Shown: piece after piece, positions 35,351 through 43,693 of the stretch
Numbering within the stretch: the stretch's first letter is position 1
Layout: every line of letters starts with the position of its first letter
Assembly: GCA_964506245.1 (NCBI GenBank)
Contig: CAZDKK010000001.1
Coordinates: forward strand, 289 to 64,288
DNA length: 64,000 bases
Direction of reading: 5' to 3'
Origin: an uncultured bacterium
GTDB lineage: Bacteria > Eisenbacteria > RBG-16-71-46 > CAIMUX01 > WJJG01
Program-made: the position numbers and the translations under genes
The notes under the pieces: generated by a model
Databases searched by the model: none
Seen by the model: the letters and a program-made list of their open reading frames with translations, nothing else
Told to the model about the DNA's origin: nothing

Positions 35351-37453
35351 ATGGGTGTCATGAAAGACCCCAACAGCGTGTCGGGCGAGGCCAGGGACAG
35401 AGAGTTGGAGGCCCTCTACACCCAGGTGGTGCAGAACGCCGCTCGTCTCATGGTCGTCCATGAGGCGAGCAGCATCCTGCGGTCCACGCACGACCCAGAA
35501 GAACTGGCGCGCGGTCTCCTGACCACGGTGACCGAGGCGGTCCTGGCCGGCTCGGGGTGTGTCGCCGGCCTGGAGGGCGATGAGCTGAAGGTCCTGGCCA
35601 CCAGCGGTCTGACGGATGAGGAGGTGGAAACCCTCGCTGCTAACGCGAGCGAGGCTCAGGCCTGGTTCGCAGTGGCCGATGGCGAAGATCCGCAGACACG
35701 CCAGCAGCTCACCGAGGTGCTGGGCTTCGCGGTGGGTGAGTCAGCCGAGAGTGGGGAGGACGATGGAGACGCTCCGGATGAGCCCGAGTGGCGCGGGGAG
35801 GCCGACGACGAAGAACCCGAGTCCTACGAGCACCTGTGGGACGAAGCCGAGGAGGCGGCCGAGTCCGAGCCTGCAGCGGGGGGATCGGAGTTCGGTCCAT
35901 CCGCCGCGCCCGCCTTCGAGCTCTACCTTCCCCTGCGCGTGGAGGACGAGGTGCTGGGGGTGCTCGTCCTCGGCCCGCGCGTGGACGGACAGGAGTACCG
36001 CGAAGACGATGTGCAACTCGCCCGGTCGCTCTCCGCACACCTGGCGCTGGCCCTCAACCACGCGGCCCTCTTCGCCGAGCGCAGTCGTCGCATCGAGCAG
36101 TTGTCGGTCCTGCTTCGGATATCCCGGGAGATCACGAGCACCCTCGACCTTGATCGCGTTCTCCAGACCGTCGTCCAGATGATGGCCTTGGTCGTCCCCA
36201 ACCGGAGGTCCGTGCTGGCCCTGACCTCGGCCCGCGGCGTCTCGCTCCGGGCCAGCTCGGATCCCTCGTTCCAGCCCAAGGAGGTCAGCCGCGATTCCAT
36301 CCTCCCCATCCTGCAGTGGGCCCAGGATGCGCGCCAGCGCATCAACACCCACCGTGCCGCGCTGGAGCAAGACGCCGAGGCCGAAGGCCGGGATCTGCTT
36401 CTGCCGTGGCTCAGCCGAGAGCGTGGACCGCGTGGGTTGGCGGTGATGCCCCTCGAGGACGATCAGGGCGTGCTCGGACTGCTCGCGATCGAGACCGACA
36501 GCGACGCCATGCCCCTGGACGAGAACCACGAGGAGCTCGTCAGCATCCTTGCCAACCAGGCGACGGTCGCGGTCCGCAACGCTGAGCTCTACCAGCAGGT
36601 TCCGATGATCGGCTTCCTCGAGCCGATCCTGGGCAAGGTGCGGCGCGCGCGCGCGGCGGGGTCACGCCGGCTGCTGATCCGGGCGGGGGTCGTGATGGCG
36701 ATCCTGGCCGCCGGTTTCCTCATTCCGATCCCCGCGTGGGTCTCGGGTGATGCCCAGCTACGGCCATTCGCGCCGATCGCTTTGCGCGCCGGGACAGAGG
36801 GTACCGTCGATGAAGTGCTGGTCCGCGAGGGTCAGTCGATCCGGGCCGGGACCGTGGTCGCGCGCTTGCGCCGCGATGAGTTCGAGGTCGAGCTCGAGCA
36901 GACCCGCGCCGAGACCCGCCGGGCCCAGGCCGAGGCGGCCCAGGCGCGGATCGCTGGCGATCTCGCCACGTATCGCGCCCGCCAGGCGAAGCTCGGCGAG
37001 CTGACGCGGACGGAGCAGTTCCTGGTCTCCGAGCTCGAGCGCACCGAGCTGGTGGCGCCCTCCGACGGCGTTGTTCTCACGCAGGATGTGGAGCGACGCC
37101 AGGGCGCCCACCTGCGACCCGGCGAGACCCTGCTCGAGCTGGCCGATCTCGCCACGATGGAGGTAGAGGTCTCCCTCGCGGGGCACGACATCCGGTCCAT
37201 CGGTCAGGGAAGCCGCGCGCGGCTCAAGGTGCAGGCCTACCCCGGTCGCACGTTCCGGGGCGAGGTGACACGCATCGCGCCGAGGTCGGACCGCGACGGG
37301 ACCTTTCGGGTGACGATGCGACTGCCCAACACGGACGGGGCGCTGCGTCCTGGCATGACTGGGCGGGCTCACGTGGAGATTCCCGGGCGCCCAGCGCTGG
37401 TCTCCCTCTTCGCACCGGTTGTGCGCCGGTTGCGGCTGGGGCTCTGGCTGTGA
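35351..37453 (+). CDS. GAF-domain(s)-HlyD fusion protein: cytoplasmic GAF sensor region, one TM helix, periplasmic HlyD-type domain
   Basis: GAF-like segments (LYLPLRVEDEVLGVLVLGPR...; second: VLALTSARG...GLAVMPLEDDQGVLGLLAIETD...ATVAVRNAELY). TM (LLIRAGVVMAILAAGFLIPIPAW). HlyD features (coiled coil EVELEQTRAETRRAQAE..., LVAPSDGVVLTQDVE..GAHLRPGETLLELAD, MTGRAHVEI). Confidence 0.7.
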   Translation: MGVMKDPNSVSGEARDRELEALYTQVVQNAARLMVVHEASSILRSTHDPEELARGLLTTVTEAVLAGSGCVAGLEGDELKVLATSGLTDEEVETLAANASEAQAWFAVADGEDPQTRQQLTEVLGFAVGESAESGEDDGDAPDEPEWRGEADDEEPESYEHLWDEAEEAAESEPAAGGSEFGPSAAPAFELYLPLRVEDEVLGVLVLGPRVDGQEYREDDVQLARSLSAHLALALNHAALFAERSRRIEQLSVLLRISREITSTLDLDRVLQTVVQMMALVVPNRRSVLALTSARGVSLRASSDPSFQPKEVSRDSILPILQWAQDARQRINTHRAALEQDAEAEGRDLLLPWLSRERGPRGLAVMPLEDDQGVLGLLAIETDSDAMPLDENHEELVSILANQATVAVRNAELYQQVPMIGFLEPILGKVRRARAAGSRRLLIRAGVVMAILAAGFLIPIPAWVSGDAQLRPFAPIALRAGTEGTVDEVLVREGQSIRAGTVVARLRRDEFEVELEQTRAETRRAQAEAAQARIAGDLATYRARQAKLGELTRTEQFLVSELERTELVAPSDGVVLTQDVERRQGAHLRPGETLLELADLATMEVEVSLAGHDIRSIGQGSRARLKVQAYPGRTFRGEVTRIAPRSDRDGTFRVTMRLPNTDGALRPGMTGRAHVEIPGRPALVSLFAPVVRRLRLGLWL

Positions 37454-37462
37454 ACCAGGTCC

Positions 37463-38029
37463 CTACATGAAGCGCTCGAACCGGTCTTGCTTCGCCTTGC
37501 AGATCGGACAGATCAGCGGGGGCTTCTCCCGGGCGCACAGGTACCCGCAGACGCGGCAGCGCCACACCGGCAGCGTTGGTTCCGCTCGCTCCGCCGCTGC
37601 GGCCAGGCGCTGGGCCGGCCCCGGTGTGCCGGCGTCCGCAGGCCGTCGCTCGGGAATCGGGGCGGGCTTCACCTCGCCCGCCAGGACGCGGTCCGAGACG
37701 TAGAGGGCGCAGAAGCAGGCGTCGAACTCGTCGAGGTCCGCGTCCCGGTAATCGCACGGGCAGATGATGTCACGGTCGATCTCCTGATTGCCCTCGGCCA
37801 AGCGGCACGGACAGGCCCAATAGCCGTAGCGGGCTTCGTTGACGAGCAGACCACGCACCAGGTCGCGTGTGAACTCGAGGTCGGGGTTCAGGTGGTATCC
37901 CGCGGCCTCAGCCTCTCGCTGCAGGCGCGCGTGGAGCGCCGCGGTGCGCTCTGGCGTGACAGAGCCGGCAGCGTCGTTCGGGCGCGGATCGCCGGAGTTG
38001 CCCCGGCCGGGTGTTGCGGGATCACGCAT
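37463..38029 (-). CDS. Ferredoxin:thioredoxin-reductase-like catalytic subunit fused to a C-terminal rubredoxin-type zinc ribbon (FDR-like ferredoxin:disulfide reductase)
   Basis: FTR catalytic cysteine pattern CPC-x15-CPC-x11-CFC (WACPCRLAEG...IICPCDYRD...DACFCALY). C-terminal CxxC...CxxC rubredoxin-like motif (WRCRVCGY...LICPICKA). It overlaps the upstream glutaredoxin gene by 8 nt. Confidence 0.75.
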   Translation of the reverse strand: MRDPATPGRGNSGDPRPNDAAGSVTPERTAALHARLQREAEAAGYHLNPDLEFTRDLVRGLLVNEARYGYWACPCRLAEGNQEIDRDIICPCDYRDADLDEFDACFCALYVSDRVLAGEVKPAPIPERRPADAGTPGPAQRLAAAAERAEPTLPVWRCRVCGYLCAREKPPLICPICKAKQDRFERFM

Positions 38030-38309
38030 CGTCCAGTGCCTTTCGGATCTCGTCCTCCTTCATCCCGACGATCACGCGCTCGTCCCGAATGACGATCGTG
38101 GGGTAGGAGGTGCTGGGATTCCAGCGGCGCAGGTCATGAAGGGCTTCCTCCCGCAGCTGGTGATCCAGGAGATCCACGTCGATGTACTCGTAGGCCACTC
38201 CGAGGCTGTCGAAGAAGCGCTTCGTCATGCGGCACCAGACACAGGTGCTGAGCGTGTACAGGAGAATCCTGCCTCGATCCTCGCCCGCCACGCGGGTCGG
38301 CTCGATCAT
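38022..38309 (-). CDS. Glutaredoxin-like small thiol-disulfide oxidoreductase (CxxC)
   Basis: 95 aa with a thioredoxin-fold active site TCVWCR (ILLYTLSTCVWCRMTKRFFDSLGVAYEYIDVD). Confidence 0.8.
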   Translation of the reverse strand: MIEPTRVAGEDRGRILLYTLSTCVWCRMTKRFFDSLGVAYEYIDVDLLDHQLREEALHDLRRWNPSTSYPTIVIRDERVIVGMKEDEIRKALDDA

Positions 38310-38541
38310 CCTGGGTGCCTCCGATCACCTTCTGGGCGTGCTCGTCCTCAGGACCGATACTAGCCATGAAGCGGGCGGTTCGGCAACGGCGGCGGCTTTC
38401 CGGCAGCCGATCCCCCGGAGTGCCCGCGACGAACACCCCCCGCGTGCCGCGGGACCGGGCTTGCAATCCACCGCCAGGACCGATAGGAATACTCGATCCC
38501 CCTGGGCCCCGGGACGGACGGGCCCACGAGAGGAGCGATGC

Positions 38542-39714
38542 ATGGCACCCAGGATCACCTACGCGCCGCCCGCCGACGAACAGGAGCTCAACGCCTATGC
38601 CGGCCTCGCGGCCATCGCCTTCGGCGGCAATGCCGCGGAGATCCGCCCCAAGTTCGCCGCCCTGGGTCCCGAGCCCATGCGGCTGATCAAATCCGGACGC
38701 GCCGTCGTGGCCGGCCTGATCGCCCACGACTGCGCGCAGTGGTTCGGCGGCCGGCGCGCGCCGATGGCGGCCATCGCGGCCGTGACGACAGCGCCCCACG
38801 AGCGGGCGGCCGGGCATGCGACGCGCCTCATGCGCGCGATGCTCCGGGAGCAGCACGCCCGCGGCGTCGCGCTCTCGGCGCTCTACCCCGCCACCCGGCC
38901 GCTCTACCGCCGGGTGGGCTATGAGATGGCCGGCGGGCGCTACGAGATCACGGTGCGCCCGCGCGAGATTCGCCTGCCAGAGCGACAGCTCGCCGTGCGC
39001 GAGGCTCTGCCCGAGGATCTACCCGCGATCGGGCGCATGTTCGGGCGCAGCGTCGCATTCGACTCTGGCCCGCTGGACTGGGGTTCACAGGGCTGGCAGC
39101 GCTCCCTGCGCGCGTGGCGCCCGCCACATGCCGCCTACGTCATCCTCGCGGGCCGGACGGTCGAGGGCTACATCAGCTACCTGACCGCCCGCAAGGAGAA
39201 GGTGCTGGAGGTGGCCGACTTCTTCGCGGCCACCCCGCGGGCGGCGCGGCGGCTGCTGGCGCTGGTCTGCGATCACAGCGCGCAGATCGAGGAGGCCAAG
39301 TGGTCGGGTCGCCCGGTCGAGCCGATGCTGATGATGCTGCAGGCGGGCACCCACCGCACGACCCGGGCGGCCGGCTGGATGCTGCGGATCGTCGATGTCG
39401 TGGCGGCGCTCGATCAGCGCGGCTATGCGCCGGGCGTGGAGGCGGCACTCCACCTGCAGGTGCGCGACGACGTCCTCCCGGCCAACAACGGGCGGTTCCT
39501 GCTGGAGGTGTCGAGCGGACGCGGGCACGTGCGCAGGGGCGGACGCGGTGTGATCCGGCTGGATGTGCGCGGGCTGGCCGCCTTGCACAGCGGCTATGTC
39601 ACGGTGCGCGATCTCCAGCAGTGGACGCGGTACCTGGATGCCCCGGAGCGCCAGGCGAAAACCCTCGCGACCGTGTTTCCGGCCGGGTCACCCTGGATGG
39701 CTGCGCGCTTCTGA
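38542..39714 (+). CDS. Eis-like GNAT acetyltransferase (tandem GNAT plus SCP2-like C-terminal domain)
   Basis: ATG at 38542 with a GAGAGGAG RBS. GNAT motifs (AVTTAPHERAAGHATRLMRAML..., RRVGYEMAG). The length (390 aa) and three-domain layout match the Eis/enhanced-intracellular-survival family. Confidence 0.75.
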   Translation: MAPRITYAPPADEQELNAYAGLAAIAFGGNAAEIRPKFAALGPEPMRLIKSGRAVVAGLIAHDCAQWFGGRRAPMAAIAAVTTAPHERAAGHATRLMRAMLREQHARGVALSALYPATRPLYRRVGYEMAGGRYEITVRPREIRLPERQLAVREALPEDLPAIGRMFGRSVAFDSGPLDWGSQGWQRSLRAWRPPHAAYVILAGRTVEGYISYLTARKEKVLEVADFFAATPRAARRLLALVCDHSAQIEEAKWSGRPVEPMLMMLQAGTHRTTRAAGWMLRIVDVVAALDQRGYAPGVEAALHLQVRDDVLPANNGRFLLEVSSGRGHVRRGGRGVIRLDVRGLAALHSGYVTVRDLQQWTRYLDAPERQAKTLATVFPAGSPWMAARF

Positions 39715-39775
39715 GCGACCCCGCACGCCCGGGCTGCGTGTGGGTCGGCCCGAGCGTACCGATCCCCGCGTCCTC

Positions 39776-40843
39776 TCAGCCCTCACCGCGCAGGCGCAGC
39801 GACACCGCACCATCGCCGGTGAAGGCCACGAGGCGCGGCCCACCCCCGTTCAGCGTGCCTTCGGCACGACGGCGGCTCACCTGGCCGTCGAGATCGGCGG
39901 CGCGCCCCAACCGCACGCTCTCACCGCGCAGCTCGATGTCCGCGGCGATCCGGGAATCGGCGGTGATTTCGATATCCCCGCCTCCCGCCTCGATGCGCGT
40001 CTCGTCCAGCCGCGTGATGCCAATGAAGATGTCGCCATCTCCTGTGACAGCCTGGAGGGCACCCGACACGCTGGCGAGATCGATGTCGCCGTCGGAGGTG
40101 TGCACGAGGATGTCGCGACCCTCGAGGTGGTTCGCGTGAACATCACCGTCGCTGGTGTGCAAGTCGATTTCCTCGGCGGAGATGGTCTCAGCCTCGATGT
40201 CGCCGTCGGAGGTCTTGAACAGGGCCGCGGGACCGCGGGCGTCGCGCACGCTGATGTCACCATCCGAAGTGACCACGTCGACCGCGCCGATGATCTCCAG
40301 CAGGCTCACGTCGCCATCGGAGGTCTCGACGTTCAGAGGGCCTTCGAGGCGATCGACCTTCACATCCCCGTCGGAGGTCACCAGCTCGGCCTTGCCCACC
40401 AGCCGCTCCAGGTGCACATCGCCGTCGGAGGTCTCGACATCGACGTTGTACTGCCCGGGGAGCCGCACGAGGACCGTGACCTGGAACCCGCCCAGGTCCC
40501 GCAGGCCCGAGAACCAGTGGTGCCCCTCGTCGCTCGTGATCAGCACGCCGTCGGACTCAGCGCTGGCGCGCAGGTCCATGTCTTCGTACCGCTCGCGGGC
40601 CCGCTCCATCCGCCTGGCCTTCAAGTAGAAGGTGACGTCGATGCGGTCCGCCATGCCCTCCAGCAGCTCGACGTCTCCGTCGGCGATATCGATCCTCACC
40701 GTGCCACTGGCCGGCGCGGGGAAGCTCTCCTCGTGCATCACCTCACCATAGTCCTTGCCGTTGGTGGCCCGGACCGATCCCGGGGAGCTCAGGACGGCGG
40801 CCAGGATCACGGCCAACGGCAGGAGCGAACGGGGCATCGTCAT
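39776..40843 (-). CDS. Secreted DUF4097-family beta-strand-repeat protein (putative adhesin-like)
   Basis: ATG at 40843 with a GGAGG RBS and a signal peptide. More than 8 repeats of the TSDGD[IV]x motif typical of DUF4097. Confidence 0.75.
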   Translation of the reverse strand: MTMPRSLLPLAVILAAVLSSPGSVRATNGKDYGEVMHEESFPAPASGTVRIDIADGDVELLEGMADRIDVTFYLKARRMERARERYEDMDLRASAESDGVLITSDEGHHWFSGLRDLGGFQVTVLVRLPGQYNVDVETSDGDVHLERLVGKAELVTSDGDVKVDRLEGPLNVETSDGDVSLLEIIGAVDVVTSDGDISVRDARGPAALFKTSDGDIEAETISAEEIDLHTSDGDVHANHLEGRDILVHTSDGDIDLASVSGALQAVTGDGDIFIGITRLDETRIEAGGGDIEITADSRIAADIELRGESVRLGRAADLDGQVSRRRAEGTLNGGGPRLVAFTGDGAVSLRLRGEG

Positions 40844-41154
40844 CGTAACCTCCCTTCCTGGAACGCCTTGGAGGTCGAGGCCGCATGGGCCGAGCGCGAA
40901 TGGTCTCCGCCAGCGGCGTCGTTTTGCTATGGAAGAGACGGTTGGGGGTGCCAAAAGGTTCGCAGAGCGCGCGAGACCCTTCCGGGTGGCCCCGCGCGGG
41001 GGTGACCGCCGGGGAGGGCGATCCGAGCAGGCGGACCTTGATCCGGGCCAGGTCGGGCCTGAGAATCGGCGCGCGTGAGCACGATCACCGGCGGCCGGGC
41101 GAGGCGCACCGTCTTGAGGTCGCTAAGTCATATTGCTGATGTGAGCTAGAGCGC

Positions 41155-42279
41155 ATGCGCGTCCTGCACCTGATCAAAGCCACCGGCCTGGCGGGCGCGG
41201 AGGCGCACCTGCTCGTGCTGCTCGATGGCCTGCGACGGGCGGGGCTCGATGCGCGGCTTCTGGTCCTGGTCGCGCCCGGCAACCCGGTCGAAGCGCTCGC
41301 CCGCGCGGCGGGGGACCGCGGCATTCCGATCACGCGCCGATCGCTTCTCGGCGACCTGGATGTCAGCCTGGGACCGAGGCTGGCGCGCGAATTCAGCCGG
41401 GCGAAGCCCGCCATCGTGCACACCCACCTGATCCACGCCGATGTGCACGGGCTGGTCGCCGCACGGCTGGCGGGCGTTCCGGCCGTGGTGACGACGCGCC
41501 ACAACCTCAACCCCTTTCGCACCCGCCCGCTTTCCCGGCTGCTCCACCGGCTCTACTGGCCGCGGGTCGATGGCTGCATCGCCGTCTCCGACGGGGTCGC
41601 CCGGTTCGCCATCGAGATCGAGGGGGCGTCTCCGGCGCAGGTTCGCACGATCCGGCACGGCCTCGAGGAGCCCCCTCGCGGTCCGGACCGCCCTGCGCTG
41701 CGCGCTGATCTCGGGATCCGTGAAAGCGACCGGGTCGTCGGGATGGTTGGACGCCTGGTAGAACAGAAGGGTTTCCTCTATGGATTGGAGGCGTTCGCCT
41801 TGATCGCGGATCGGTGCCCGGATTGCCACTTGCTGATCGCGGGCGAGGGACCAGTGCGCACGGAGCTCGAGCGGCGCGTGGGGGAACTCGACCTGACCGC
41901 GCGCGTCCGCTTCCTCGGCTGGCGCTCCGACGCGGCCGCGCTCATGCGCGCGTTCGACCTGCTCCTCGTTCCCAGCCTGTGGGAGGGCTTCGGCTTCGTG
42001 ATATTGGAGGCGATGGCGCGCGGCGTGCCGATCATCGCCAGCGCGGTCGGCGGCATTCCCGAGGTCGTGATCACGGGATCGACCGGGATCCTGGTTCAGC
42101 CCCGCGATGTCGAGGGGATGGGTCGGGCCCTGGCCAATCTTCTCGACGATGGCACCCGCCGGCAGGGCATGGGCCAAGCCGCACGCGAGCGGGTGCGGGC
42201 GCACTTCAGTGCGCAACGTATGGTCGCAGAGACAATCGGCTTGTACCAGGAATTGATGGACCGCAAGGCACGGAAGTGA
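41155..42279 (+). CDS. GT4-family glycosyltransferase (GT-B fold, retaining)
   Basis: N-terminus MRVLHLIKATGLAGAEAHL. The C-terminal domain carries the EX7E-type motif region (EGFGFVILEAMARGVPIIAS). Confidence 0.85.
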   Translation: MRVLHLIKATGLAGAEAHLLVLLDGLRRAGLDARLLVLVAPGNPVEALARAAGDRGIPITRRSLLGDLDVSLGPRLAREFSRAKPAIVHTHLIHADVHGLVAARLAGVPAVVTTRHNLNPFRTRPLSRLLHRLYWPRVDGCIAVSDGVARFAIEIEGASPAQVRTIRHGLEEPPRGPDRPALRADLGIRESDRVVGMVGRLVEQKGFLYGLEAFALIADRCPDCHLLIAGEGPVRTELERRVGELDLTARVRFLGWRSDAAALMRAFDLLLVPSLWEGFGFVILEAMARGVPIIASAVGGIPEVVITGSTGILVQPRDVEGMGRALANLLDDGTRRQGMGQAARERVRAHFSAQRMVAETIGLYQELMDRKARK

Positions 42280-42284
42280 ACGCG

Positions 42285-43460
42285 ATGCCCGATCTCTCGA
42301 CAGCCGAGCCCGTGCGGGTTCTGCGCGTCATCGCGCGGCTCAACATCGGGGGACCCGCCATTCACGTGATTCTCACTGCAGAAGGTCTGCGCTCCAGGGG
42401 CTACGATACCACGCTCGTCTGCGGGCCCGTCCAGCCGCCCGAGGGCGATATGATGGATCTGGCCCATCGCCAGGGTGTGCACGCCGTGCTCTTGCCGCAG
42501 CTGGGGCGGGCTCCACATCCGCTGCGTGACCTCGTCAGCCTGTGGCGACTCTGGCGGCTGATGCGCCGCGTTCGGCCGGACATCGTCCATACCCACACGG
42601 CGAAGGCGGGCTTCGTCGGGCGAATGGCGGCCCGTCTGGCCGGCGTCCCGGTGGTGGTCCACACCTTCCATGGCCACGTATTCGAAGGCTACTTCGGCCG
42701 GGCGGCCACCGGCCTGTTCCTGCAGCTCGAGCGCCTGGCCGCGCGGGGGTCGACGTGCATCGTGACGCTGAGCGAGCGCCTGCGTTGCGAGCTGACCGAA
42801 GTCCACCACGTCGCCCGACCCGAGAAGGTCGAGGTGATCCCACTCGGCCTGGACCTGCGGCACCTGGCGGTCTCGCCTCGGCGCCAGGGCGACTTCCGTC
42901 GATCGCTGGACATTCCCCAGGACGTCCCGCTGGTCGGCATCGTGGGACGACTCGTGCCGATCAAGCGACACGAGCTGCTCATTGTGGCCGCAGGAGGGGT
43001 GCGAGAGGCCTTCCCGGACGCCCGGTTCGCGGTGATCGGCGACGGAGAGCTACGTTCCAACCTCGAAGCTCGCGCGGCGGCCATAGGGCTGGAGCACGCG
43101 TTCCATTTCGCGGGCTGGCGATCGGATCTGGAGGCTGTCTACAGCGACCTGGATCTCTGCGTCCTGTGCAGCCGCAACGAGGGCACGCCCGTCTCCGTGA
43201 TCGAGGCCCTGACTGCCGGGTGCCCGGTCGTGGCGACCGACGTGGGGGGTGTGGCGGACATCTTGGGTCAGGAGACTTGGGGGCGCCTGGTTCCCCCCGA
43301 AGATCCCGCGGCTCTGGCCGAAGCGATCGTGGCCATCCTGCGAGATCCCCCCGATGTCGGGAGTGCCCGCCGAATCATGCCTGCCCGCTACGGCGTCGGC
43401 CGCCTGCTGGACGACCTCGACGCGCTCTACCGGCGGCTGCTGGCACAGGCAGCGCGGTGA
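42285..43460 (+). CDS. GT4-family glycosyltransferase (second copy, directly downstream)
   Basis: ATG at 42285, 6 nt after the previous stop. Motifs RVLRVIARLNIGGPAIHV and NEGTPVSVIEALTAGCPVVATDVGG. Confidence 0.85.
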   Translation: MPDLSTAEPVRVLRVIARLNIGGPAIHVILTAEGLRSRGYDTTLVCGPVQPPEGDMMDLAHRQGVHAVLLPQLGRAPHPLRDLVSLWRLWRLMRRVRPDIVHTHTAKAGFVGRMAARLAGVPVVVHTFHGHVFEGYFGRAATGLFLQLERLAARGSTCIVTLSERLRCELTEVHHVARPEKVEVIPLGLDLRHLAVSPRRQGDFRRSLDIPQDVPLVGIVGRLVPIKRHELLIVAAGGVREAFPDARFAVIGDGELRSNLEARAAAIGLEHAFHFAGWRSDLEAVYSDLDLCVLCSRNEGTPVSVIEALTAGCPVVATDVGGVADILGQETWGRLVPPEDPAALAEAIVAILRDPPDVGSARRIMPARYGVGRLLDDLDALYRRLLAQAAR

Positions 43461-43693
43461 CCCACCGGGCCGGGGCGGGCAGCGCCGTGACGCCACGGGG
43501 CGCGGCGGGCGGTTCTGTCCCGCCGGGTCGCTCGATCTCCCCACGAGTCCGAGGATCTCGTGATATCATTGTCCCCGGCCCGGTTGCCCAATCGAGCCGC
43601 CGGCGGCAGCGGAACGCCGCCGGCCGTGACGGCCTCACTGCCCGGTGACCGAGATGGGTCGCGCCGGCGGTGACCGCTCTGCAGGAGGTGTGC

